Origin: Candidatus Saccharimonadia bacterium
Lineage (GTDB): Bacteria; Patescibacteriota; SICC01
DNA: 49,792 nucleotides
Assembly (NCBI GenBank): GCA_025449535.1
Contig: JANWJF010000001.1
Coordinates: forward strand, 369,344 to 419,135
Direction of reading: 5' to 3'
The notes beneath the pieces were generated by a model. It had not been told where the DNA came from and made no database searches. It saw only the letters and a program-made list of their open reading frames with translations. The first letter of the stretch is position 1. Every line of letters begins with the position of its first letter. Shown here in pieces: positions 32,912 to 40,608 of the stretch. The position numbers and the translations under genes were made by a program.

Positions 32912-34831
32912 TCAGATGTCGCGAGCGACCCGCCAGACCTCGTCGACCGTGGTGACCCCGGTCAGGGCCTTAAGCAAGCCGTCCTGTTCCATCGTCATCA
33001 TACCCGCCTGCCGGGCGGCATGCCTGATCTGGCTGACCGGCACGCGGTTCATGGCCAGGCGTTCCAGTTCCTCGTTGATCGTCAGTACCTCGAAGATTCC
33101 GATCCGACCCGCGAAACCGGTGCCGTTGCAGCGGACGCAGCCCTTGCCCTTCATGAAGAGCCATTCTTTTTCCGGCGGCAGGCTGTCCTTACTCAGCTTG
33201 GGGAGGTCCTTGAGCACCCGCCGGATCGCCTCCATCGCCGTGGCGTCCGGCTTGGTCTCCTCCGCGCAATGCGGACAGACCTTCCGTACCAGGCGTTGGG
33301 CGATGACCGCGTTGATCGCGTTGGCGAGCAGGAACGGGCGCACCCCCAGGTCCACCAATCGCGGAATCGCCGTCGGGGCGTCGTTGGTATGAAGCGTCGA
33401 GAGCACGATATGGCCCGTCATCGAGGCCTGCACCGCCTGATCGGCGGTGTTCTGGTCGCGGATCTCGCCGATCATCAGGACGTCCGGGTCGAGCCGCAGT
33501 ACGGACCGGAATCCCTCGGCGAAGTCGTACCCGTGCTCGGGGTCAATCTGCGACTGGGTCACGCCGGGCAACCGGTACTCGACCGGGTCCTCCAGCGTGA
33601 CTAGTTTCTTCTGCGGGTCGTTGAGCCGGGTCAGCAGCGAATACAGGGTGGTCGTCTTTCCGGAGCCGGTCGGCCCGCACTCGAGCACCAGCCCCTGCGG
33701 CCGGTCGATCGCGGCCAGCACGAGCTTCCGGGCCTCGCCGGTAAGGCCGAGGGAGTCCAGGCCGATTTTCACGGAATCCCGGGAGAGGAGCCGCATGGTG
33801 ACGGCCTCGCCGTATTGCGAGGGCATCGTCGCCACCCGGATGTCGATATCGCGCTTCCGGTCGCCGTCTCCTTCGCTGACGGTGAAGCGGCCGTCCTGCG
33901 GCAAATGGTTCACGTCGAGCTTGAGCTTCCCGAGGAACTTCAGTCGCGAGAGCAGGCTGGCCAAGACGTCCGCCTTAAAGTCGGCGACGGTGTGCAGGAC
34001 GCCGTCCATCCGATAGCGGACCCGGACGCCATCCTCGGCAGGCTCGATGTGCACGTCGGAGGCACCGACCTTCACCGCGCCGCTGAGCAGCGTATCCACC
34101 ACCTTGGTGGTCGGCACGTCGGTGATCTTCGACTTGAGGTCGAGGAAGGACTTGATGTCCGTCTCGAACGATTCTTTTTCCTCGTCACTGACGGAGACGT
34201 CGGAGGCCGACTTCACCGCCTGCGGCAGCTCGTCATAGAGTTGCATCGCGTACCGGAAGGAATCCTCGCCGATGCCCGAGATTAGGTAATCGTACGGCGT
34301 GGAGCGGCCCAGGGAATCCAGCGCCTGGTCGGTCTGCTTGACGCCGGGCTTGAGCACGCCGAGCCGGACCTTGTTGCCGGCCTTGATGTACGCGATGATC
34401 CCGTACCGCTCGGCGATCTCACGGGGGATGATCGCCAGCACCTCGGGACTGATCGGGTAGCCCATCAGCCGCACGAACGGCAGATGGGCCTTCTTGGCGG
34501 CCTCGCGCTGCCGTTCCTCGGCCTTCTCCGCCTTGAGCTGGTCGACGACCTTGCCCACGTCACCGCGGGAGAAGAAGTCGACATCTTCCTCGACCTTAGG
34601 CGCCCGCTTGTCGGCCGCGCCGACGCTCTGCACCACCTCCCGGTCGTCCTTCATCGAAGGCGTCATCGTATGCAGCTTCTTCCGCTGCCGCTCCTCGTTC
34701 TCGTTCAACTCCTGACTGACGTCCTGGTTTCCCATGGGGTTGGACGGCGCCGGCTTGTCGGAACCGAGGTCCTTGCGGACGAAGTCAGCCAGCTTGGCGC
34801 GTTCCCGTGATGTGAGGTTGTCGTTGGCCAT
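32912..34831 (-). CDS. pilB: Type II/IV secretion ATPase (PilB/GspE family)
   Basis: 639 aa. A T2SSE_N-like domain (PFVRLMGYPISPEVLAIIPREIAERYGIIAY) is present. Walker A is GPTGSGKTTTLYS. Asp box, Walker B (LMIGEIRD), His box (TGHIVLSTLHTN) and the tetracysteine CPHC...CVRC are present. Confidence 0.93.
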   Translation of the reverse strand: MANDNLTSRERAKLADFVRKDLGSDKPAPSNPMGNQDVSQELNENEERQRKKLHTMTPSMKDDREVVQSVGAADKRAPKVEEDVDFFSRGDVGKVVDQLKAEKAEERQREAAKKAHLPFVRLMGYPISPEVLAIIPREIAERYGIIAYIKAGNKVRLGVLKPGVKQTDQALDSLGRSTPYDYLISGIGEDSFRYAMQLYDELPQAVKSASDVSVSDEEKESFETDIKSFLDLKSKITDVPTTKVVDTLLSGAVKVGASDVHIEPAEDGVRVRYRMDGVLHTVADFKADVLASLLSRLKFLGKLKLDVNHLPQDGRFTVSEGDGDRKRDIDIRVATMPSQYGEAVTMRLLSRDSVKIGLDSLGLTGEARKLVLAAIDRPQGLVLECGPTGSGKTTTLYSLLTRLNDPQKKLVTLEDPVEYRLPGVTQSQIDPEHGYDFAEGFRSVLRLDPDVLMIGEIRDQNTADQAVQASMTGHIVLSTLHTNDAPTAIPRLVDLGVRPFLLANAINAVIAQRLVRKVCPHCAEETKPDATAMEAIRRVLKDLPKLSKDSLPPEKEWLFMKGKGCVRCNGTGFAGRIGIFEVLTINEELERLAMNRVPVSQIRHAARQAGMMTMEQDGLLKALTGVTTVDEVWRVARDI

Positions 34832-34853
34832 AGTGTTTCTGAGAAATTACGTA

Positions 34854-34882
34854 ACCATAACACTTTTACGTGTTTTTGTCAA
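34854..34882 (-). promoter_or_regulatory. pilB promoter: TTGACA-N17-TATGGT with an extended -10 (aaaagTGtTATGGT)
   Basis: The minus strand reads TTGACAaaaacacgtaaaagtgtTATGGT. The ATG at 34831 is 22 nt downstream of the -10. Confidence 0.65.
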
Positions 34883-34944
34883 TGCGCATGGCGGCGGGCG
34901 CTTGGCGTAGTAAAAAGCGCGATCCATCCCGAGGCGGCCGAGGA

Positions 34945-34973
34945 TTGACAGAGGGGCTCAAAAGTGTTACCAT
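34945..34973 (+). promoter_or_regulatory. Divergent promoter: TTGACA-N17-TACCAT with an extended -10 (aaaagTGtTACCAT)
   Basis: The plus strand reads TTGACAgaggggctcaaaagtgtTACCAT. The ATG at 34986 is 12 nt downstream of the -10, so the mRNA would be near-leaderless. Confidence 0.6.
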
Positions 34974-34985
34974 TAAGCAATTTTT

Positions 34986-36272
34986 ATGAATACCCCCGAC
35001 AACGACACCGATCGTCAGGCGGCCGAGGAACAGGCCGCCGCCTACGGCGACGCCGTCGCGTACCACGAGGAAGCGCCGGTCGGCGACGAGGACAACGCCA
35101 ACGTCGAGATGCCGAAGCAAGCGGCGCCGCACCGGTTACTCCGTCCCCGGAACCTCATCGTGGCCGCGGTGGCGCTCGTCCTGGCGGGCGCCGCGGTGGC
35201 GGCTTGGTTCCTGATCCTCCGCCCGACCCCCGAGAAGATCCTCGGTGAGATGTTCCAGCGCATGGAGAGCGTGAAGGCGTTCGAGTACGACCTCGACGTG
35301 AAGGGCGAGTACCGCCAGGACGGAAAGGCTTCCGTCTCTGAGGCGCTGATCGGCCAGGCCCAAGCGGCCGGCAAAAGCGGGAACTTCGACCTCTCCCTGC
35401 AAGGGATCTACGACTACCGCGACGCCAGCGAGCCCCAGGTCTCGTTGAGAGCCGAGGGCTCGGCGTCCGACGGCGGGAAGACCTACGACGGCGCGTTGGA
35501 GCTGCGGTACGTCGGCAAGACCGCCTACCTGCAGCTGGCCAACTCCCCGGACGAATTCAAGCAATACACGAAGCCGTTCCTCGGCCAGTGGCTGATGTTC
35601 GGTGAGAACGAGGTGAACCAAGGCAAGGAGCTCACCACGCAGGAAGGCCCGACGATCGACGACAAGGACGCGCAGGAGATCGCGCGGATGCTGCTCGATA
35701 CCGGCGCGGTCCGCCTGACCTACGATGGCGGTGACACGATCGACGGAGACGCCGTCGACATCGTCGGCTACGAGATCGACAAGGACGGCCTCAAGGAAGC
35801 GATGCCGAAGATCTACCGGATCGTGGAGGACGAGGACATGCCGAAGGAAGAGCGGAAGTCGTTCGACGACAACCTGGAGATGGTCGAGTTCGAGCCGGGG
35901 CGGATCGCCGTCGACAAGAAGACGAAGCTGCTCCGGGAATTGACCGTCAAGTTCGGCGGGACCGAGAACGACGTCAGCACGACCGTCTCGACGACGCTCA
36001 AGTTGAAGAACTTCGACGACCAGGTCGGCAAGGTCGAGGTGCCCAAGGGAGCACTGACCTTCGAGGAAATGGCCGCGCGCCTGTCCAATGACGACGACCG
36101 CGACGACCTGCCCTACATGCAGGAGCTGCTGTTCGGCGCCGATCCCGGCAAGCGGGACACGGACGGCGACTCGTTCCCCGACGGAGCTGAGGTCAAGGGC
36201 GGATACGATCCGGCGGGACCGGGACGGCTCCAGAACAGTTGGCTCGGCTCATCAGGCCTCTTCGGCGTCTGA
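34986..36272 (+). CDS. Membrane-anchored secreted hypothetical protein with a C-terminal calcium-binding-like DxDxDG repeat
   Basis: 428 aa. An acidic N-terminus precedes the TM segment LIVAAVALVLAGAAVAAWFLIL. The C-terminus LFGADPGKRDTDGDSFPDGAEVKGGYDPAGPG resembles thrombospondin-type-3-like repeats. Confidence 0.7.
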   Translation: MNTPDNDTDRQAAEEQAAAYGDAVAYHEEAPVGDEDNANVEMPKQAAPHRLLRPRNLIVAAVALVLAGAAVAAWFLILRPTPEKILGEMFQRMESVKAFEYDLDVKGEYRQDGKASVSEALIGQAQAAGKSGNFDLSLQGIYDYRDASEPQVSLRAEGSASDGGKTYDGALELRYVGKTAYLQLANSPDEFKQYTKPFLGQWLMFGENEVNQGKELTTQEGPTIDDKDAQEIARMLLDTGAVRLTYDGGDTIDGDAVDIVGYEIDKDGLKEAMPKIYRIVEDEDMPKEERKSFDDNLEMVEFEPGRIAVDKKTKLLRELTVKFGGTENDVSTTVSTTLKLKNFDDQVGKVEVPKGALTFEEMAARLSNDDDRDDLPYMQELLFGADPGKRDTDGDSFPDGAEVKGGYDPAGPGRLQNSWLGSSGLFGV

Positions 36273-36288
36273 GGTAAGGTATAGGCAC

Positions 36289-36375
36289 GGAGGGGTGGCT
36301 GAGCGGTCGAAAGCACCGGTCTTGAAAACCGGCAGGCCCGCAAGGGTCTCGGGGGTTCGAATCCCTCCCCCTCCG
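36289..36375 (+). tRNA. tRNA-Ser (anticodon TGA)
   Basis: Hand-folded cloverleaf. The acceptor is ggagggg/cccctcc. The anticodon stem is ccggt/accgg with loop ctTGAaa. There is a long variable arm. The T arm is ggggg-ttcgaat-ccctc. The discriminator is G and no CCA is encoded. Confidence 0.9.
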
Positions 36376-36379
36376 CAGC

Positions 36380-37588
36380 TCAGCAGTCGATCAAACGGGT
36401 AGCACGGTCACGAGCCCGGGTCTTCTCGACCAATGCCTTGGTGAGTTCTGCTACGCCCTCGTATGCCCGGGCGAAGTCCGTCCGGCTGACCCGCTGTGAC
36501 CCGCCGCGCTTCACGTCCGACAGCATGGCATACGGACTGCGGGCATCGATGGGATGGACCGGACGTTTCCAGTAAGCCGCCATCGGGATAACGGCCAGTG
36601 ACTCCCGGTTCGCCACGGCGCGGACCTTGATCCGCATCGTGAAGTCATACTCGGCGTGGTTCGGACTCTTCAAGGGCTTCGACGGCACGTACTCCTCCAC
36701 GATGAACGGACACCGCTCCGAACGGAACCACCGCATATACGGAGCGGCTTGGTGCTTCGGCGGGATCCTGTTGACGAACAGCGTTTCCATCAACGGCTGG
36801 AAGGTTTCTCGCGACACCGGCGTGACTCCCGAATTCTGCCCGAAGTGCGTCGGTTTGATCACAAGCGTGTCGATCCCTTCGGAATCGGCGAGAATTTCCT
36901 CGATCGCCCTTCTGACATCAGTATTGTAGAACGTCCAGGCCCGGGGTCGCAGATGCTCCAGTCCGGCCGCTTCGCAGAAGTCGCTGAAAGCGTCCTTGCG
37001 GTCTATCAGGAATCGTACCGCGCCCGGGTTCATCACCACGACTTGGTCCGGGTCGCCGTACCGCACGTGATCCTGCACGCCGTGGTGCCAGATCACGACC
37101 GGCACTTCGGACAGGTCGGCGAACTGGAAGTCCCCGGACTCCCCGAATCCAGGATCGCGCTGCATCTGTTGCGCCTGCAACTCCACCGCCCAGGGCACGA
37201 AGAACCCTTCGGGAACCTTTCGGCACTGGTCGTCCATACCGAGCACCCACGGTCGCCCGGGTCCTATCCGCGGGTGTTCGATGTGCGATTCCATCGGCAT
37301 CTGCGGCACGCCAATCGCCCGATCAAGCTCGTAGGCCCGCTCCGCGATGACGCGCTCGCCCTTCGGGTACCCCCTGTAGCCAGACGTCGTGCCGTTGAGC
37401 TCGAGCAGCTTCGGAGGCCCTTCGGCCGGCAGCTTGAGGTCCACCGACAGGCTCAGCATCGTCGGGTCGCAGGACTCGATGCGCTCCACCGTGGGCGCGA
37501 TCCCGTGGTATTCATACCGCTCCAGGTACGCGGTGAGTTCATCATTGAACTGACCGTCCGGCCGCGTTTCCTGTGCGCGTTCAGGCAT
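36380..37588 (-). CDS. ATP-grasp-fold-like protein (putative ligase), function unknown
   Basis: 402 aa. NPGAVRFLIDRKDAFSDFCEAAGLEHLRPRAWTF...IDTLVIKPTHFGQNSGV...FIVEEYV...YDFTMRIKV follows the ATP-grasp pattern (N..DK...GiP.P...vvKP..G..G.gv...vqeyi...D.Rv). The stop codon lies 4 nt from the tRNA-Ser(TGA) 3-prime end. Confidence 0.7.
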   Translation of the reverse strand: MPERAQETRPDGQFNDELTAYLERYEYHGIAPTVERIESCDPTMLSLSVDLKLPAEGPPKLLELNGTTSGYRGYPKGERVIAERAYELDRAIGVPQMPMESHIEHPRIGPGRPWVLGMDDQCRKVPEGFFVPWAVELQAQQMQRDPGFGESGDFQFADLSEVPVVIWHHGVQDHVRYGDPDQVVVMNPGAVRFLIDRKDAFSDFCEAAGLEHLRPRAWTFYNTDVRRAIEEILADSEGIDTLVIKPTHFGQNSGVTPVSRETFQPLMETLFVNRIPPKHQAAPYMRWFRSERCPFIVEEYVPSKPLKSPNHAEYDFTMRIKVRAVANRESLAVIPMAAYWKRPVHPIDARSPYAMLSDVKRGGSQRVSRTDFARAYEGVAELTKALVEKTRARDRATRLIDC

Positions 37589-37596
37589 AACCGGAA

Positions 37597-37625
37597 ATCA
37601 TACTGTCCTTGGCTGGACCGGACAA
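37597..37625 (-). promoter_or_regulatory. Promoter TTGTCC-N17-TATGAT placed 8 nt upstream of the ATP-grasp-like ATG (leaderless arrangement)
   Basis: The minus strand reads TTGTCCggtccagccaaggacagTATGATttccggttATG. Confidence 0.5.
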
Positions 37626-37682
37626 CCGTTTGGGCGCGTCTCCGAGGACCGCTAAACTAAAGACGCGTTACCATCGCGACAC

Positions 37683-37772
37683 GGAGAGGTACCCAAGTGG
37701 CTTAAGGGGCGGGATTGCTAATCCTGTAGGTCGGCATCAGTCGGCGCGTGGGTTCGAATCCCACCCTCTCCG
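37683..37772 (+). tRNA. tRNA-Ser (anticodon GCT)
   Basis: The acceptor is ggagagg/cctctcc. The anticodon loop is ttGCTaa. There is a long variable arm. The T arm is gtggg-ttcgaat-cccac. The discriminator is G. A TACCAT box lies at 37669-37674, 8 nt upstream. Confidence 0.9.
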
Positions 37773-37776
37773 CAGC

Positions 37777-39396
37777 TTATTCTCGGGACCGCCGTTCGTT
37801 GATTTTCACCATCACCTCGCGCAGATCCTCTACCGAATCCTCCTGAATGGCCGTGACCAGCTCCGGTTCCGTCAGAAGCATGTCCCGGATTTCTTCTTGA
37901 GGGACGTTCGCGAGTCCTTCCAGCATCGGCAACGTGAACCGCAGGGTATCAATCCGTCCGCGGCGCCAGGTATCACGGTCCGGGATGCCGTCCCGCTGCC
38001 ACCGCCGTATCGTCCGCTTCTTCACGCCAAGTACTGCAGCCAAGTCGACAGCCGGAATATCATACAATCGGCCGATCTCCGCCAGGGCCTGGCCGTGACC
38101 TTCGTGAATCTGCGTCCTGTAAAGGTAATCCGACCGCGCTTGCCAGGGCGCCTGCGGGTCCCGCTCCAGCACGTTCTGACGAATCAAGCGTCGGCCGGCG
38201 CGGATGCCGGCCTTGCCGCTGACGGGCTCACCCTTGAGTGCCCGCTGCCGCTCCTCGTATTCCGCGAACCGGATCGCGTCGTCCAGCTTGAACAGGAATC
38301 CCTTGCCGTGCGCTTCGTCCGCCAGCCGCCGCAAGGCCTTCCACTTCGGCACTTTCGAACCGCTGGCCGAACCCCGGTGGTTCTCGAAATACGCTTCCAG
38401 GAACACCTGGTCCAGCAGATGGAGGTCGCCGTCATGCTGATACTGGCGCTTCAACCGGCGTTCTTCGTCATACGTGTCGAATGCCATATTGTCCAACCGT
38501 CGAGCGACTTCTTCCGTAACCGCCTCGTTGAGCCACCGCAACCGATCCTCGGTCCGCTCGTCATGCACCGGGAGCGGCCGGTGAATCCTACCGCGAGGCA
38601 GTCGCTTTTTGATGCGAGGTGCGACGTGCGGTGTACCTACCCGGAAATGCAGGCCGTTCCGTTGATGATGGAACGTCACGTTACCGGAGTCCGAGTCCCG
38701 ATAGGCGAGGATCGTTCGACCTGCCAGCATATGGACCATCTCGTGGAAGAAGTAGTGCCGCTGTAATATCTCGGAAGTAGTATCGTCGGTCACGCCGATC
38801 GACTCGTCGTCATTGAAGTAACCGCCGATGCCGTGCCTGCCGTCCGGACGCAAGTAGAGCGCCGCTGCCAAACCGGAATAGACCCGTGGGTTCACCCAGC
38901 CGATCCGTTCGTATAACTCATCGCGGGTCAGCGGCAGCCAGCCGTCTTCGATTGCCTGTTCCGCCGCCCCGAGAAACTCTGTGAAATACCGTTCGAACCG
39001 TTCGCGATGCTTCTCGGACCCTAGCACGAACCGTGTCTCATAGTCTTCCAGCCACGCCTGCAGGTCGTCGTCCGAGATCGCATCGAGCAGTTCCGGACCT
39101 TCCGTGCCGTCGCAGCCTTCGGGGATCGGGATTTGGTACTCGGCCACGTATCCCTTAAGGAATTCCTCGTCGTGCGTCCAGAGCGGACGCAGCTTGTCCC
39201 GTACCCGTTCCAGGATGTGGTGCCGCCGCTCCGAGACGTCCACCAATCCCTGTCGTTCCGCCGCCGAAAAGGACCCGAGCTCGGCCCGTTCATACTCGGC
39301 GAATCCATCCGTGGGCGGGATATTGCGGTTCATCCGGTACAGTCGATACTTAGGGTGCGATTCTGTAATTCGCTCAAACTGATGGGGTTTTTCCAT
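37777..39396 (-). CDS. HExxH zinc-metallopeptidase-like protein fused to a C-terminal Xre/ParS-like HTH region
   Basis: 539 aa. FFHEMVHMLAG contains HEMVH at nt 38731-38745. The C-terminal stretch LAEIGRLYDIPAVDLAAVLGVKKRTIRRWQRDG (nt ~37987-38088) looks like an HTH. The stop codon lies 4 nt from the tRNA-Ser(GCT) 3-prime end. Confidence 0.75.
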   Translation of the reverse strand: MEKPHQFERITESHPKYRLYRMNRNIPPTDGFAEYERAELGSFSAAERQGLVDVSERRHHILERVRDKLRPLWTHDEEFLKGYVAEYQIPIPEGCDGTEGPELLDAISDDDLQAWLEDYETRFVLGSEKHRERFERYFTEFLGAAEQAIEDGWLPLTRDELYERIGWVNPRVYSGLAAALYLRPDGRHGIGGYFNDDESIGVTDDTTSEILQRHYFFHEMVHMLAGRTILAYRDSDSGNVTFHHQRNGLHFRVGTPHVAPRIKKRLPRGRIHRPLPVHDERTEDRLRWLNEAVTEEVARRLDNMAFDTYDEERRLKRQYQHDGDLHLLDQVFLEAYFENHRGSASGSKVPKWKALRRLADEAHGKGFLFKLDDAIRFAEYEERQRALKGEPVSGKAGIRAGRRLIRQNVLERDPQAPWQARSDYLYRTQIHEGHGQALAEIGRLYDIPAVDLAAVLGVKKRTIRRWQRDGIPDRDTWRRGRIDTLRFTLPMLEGLANVPQEEIRDMLLTEPELVTAIQEDSVEDLREVMVKINERRSRE

Positions 39397-39421
39397 GACC
39401 GTTCATTCTATAGAAGAAGCG

Positions 39422-39445
39422 CGGCCAGGCAATGAACCCTGGCCG
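39422..39445. promoter_or_regulatory. Palindrome CGGCCAGG-N8-CCTGGCCG in a divergent promoter region (candidate operator)
   Basis: Read directly from the sequence. It lies between the TATAGA box of the minus-strand gene (39407-39412) and the TTGACA of the plus-strand promoter (39450). Confidence 0.4.
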
Positions 39446-39449
39446 GGCC

Positions 39450-39478
39450 TTGACACTTCTTCTAAAAAGTGCTATAGT
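39450..39478 (+). promoter_or_regulatory. Promoter TTGACA-N17-TATAGT with an extended -10 (aaaaagTGcTATAGT)
   Basis: The plus strand reads TTGACActtcttctaaaaagtgcTATAGT. The ATG at 39499 is 20 nt downstream. Confidence 0.65.
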
Positions 39479-39498
39479 TAGCCAATTATTTAGGAACC

Positions 39499-40014
39499 AT
39501 GGCTATCCAAAAGCAGCCCGACACCCCCGCCAAGCCGTCTCCGGAGGACTCCGAGCGGCCGATCCTGGCCTGGGAGGCCAAGGAGTTCGTGGAGTATGAC
39601 CGGAACAAGAAGTGGTACGTGGGCGCCCTGGTGCTCGGCGTCCTGCTCGTCGCCGGTGCGTTGGTGCTCCAGCAGTGGCTGGCCGCGGCGGTGTTCGCCC
39701 TCGCCACCTACGTAGTGGTGCGGCACGCCGGCGACAAGCCGCGGACGCTCTCGATCTCGATCTCCAAGCTCGGCGTCGAGGTGGCGGACCGCTTCTATCC
39801 GTTCAGCGAACTCCGGACCTTCTGGATCATCTACCACCCGCCGGTGAAGACGCTCACGCTCCAGAGGACCGACCGGTTCAAGCCGCTGGTGAAGCTCTCC
39901 CTGGCCGACATCGACCCGCTGGCCGTGCAGAACGCGCTCAAGGACCACCTCGCGGAACAGGCAAAGGAGAGCGAGGACTTCGTCGACAAGCTCAGCCGGT
40001 GGATTCGGTTATAA
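39499..40014 (+). CDS. Small two-TM membrane protein (bPH/YdbS-like topology, putative); C-terminus ...DFVDKLSRWIRL
   Basis: 171 aa. A hydrophobic hairpin (WYVGALVLGVLLVAGALVLQQWLAAAVFALATYVVV) is followed by a soluble domain. Confidence 0.7.
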   Translation: MAIQKQPDTPAKPSPEDSERPILAWEAKEFVEYDRNKKWYVGALVLGVLLVAGALVLQQWLAAAVFALATYVVVRHAGDKPRTLSISISKLGVEVADRFYPFSELRTFWIIYHPPVKTLTLQRTDRFKPLVKLSLADIDPLAVQNALKDHLAEQAKESEDFVDKLSRWIRL

Positions 40015-40035
40015 GTTTCGAAAGGGCGAGACAGC

Positions 40036-40608
40036 ATGGGTGAAATACCGCCAGAACGTCTTGCAGTAACGCCCCTTGAGACAGAACGGTTGCTCCTTCG
40101 TCCGGTCCGGGCAAGCGATGCTGCGGACGTATTTGATTACACGCGACGGCCGGAAGTCTCTGAGTTTCTGCCGTGGGAACCGCACACCGATGAGCAAGAA
40201 ACCTTGCGTTGGCTGACGGAAGATATACCGGCCAAGGTCGAGAGCGGGGATCTGATTTATGCAGTCGAGCTCAAGGAAGGCAGCAGGGTAATCGGAGTCT
40301 TCGATTTGCACATGGATGCGGAAAATCGCAAGGCGCAGCTTGGATACTCGCTGTCTCCGGACTTCCATCGGCAAGGATACGGCGTTGAAGCGTGTGAGGC
40401 ATTGGTTCGACATGCGTTTACGGTAATCGGACTAAACCGGATTGAAGCGGGTTGTGACGTTCCGAACGAAGCCTCCTGGAGGCTCATGGAACGGCTCGGG
40501 ATGAAATACGAGGGTACTCGGAAACAAGACCGGTATTTCAAAGGAAAATACCGAGACAGCAAGTACTACGGCCTGCTCAAGTCTGACTGGGAAGCGGCTC
40601 AAGCTTGA
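40036..40608 (+). CDS. GNAT N-acetyltransferase, RimJ/RimL (Acetyltransf_3) type
   Basis: 190 aa. LETERLLLRPVRASDAADVFDY and LSPDFHRQGYGVEACEALVRHAF..GLNRIEA fit the family. Confidence 0.85.
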   Translation: MGEIPPERLAVTPLETERLLLRPVRASDAADVFDYTRRPEVSEFLPWEPHTDEQETLRWLTEDIPAKVESGDLIYAVELKEGSRVIGVFDLHMDAENRKAQLGYSLSPDFHRQGYGVEACEALVRHAFTVIGLNRIEAGCDVPNEASWRLMERLGMKYEGTRKQDRYFKGKYRDSKYYGLLKSDWEAAQA

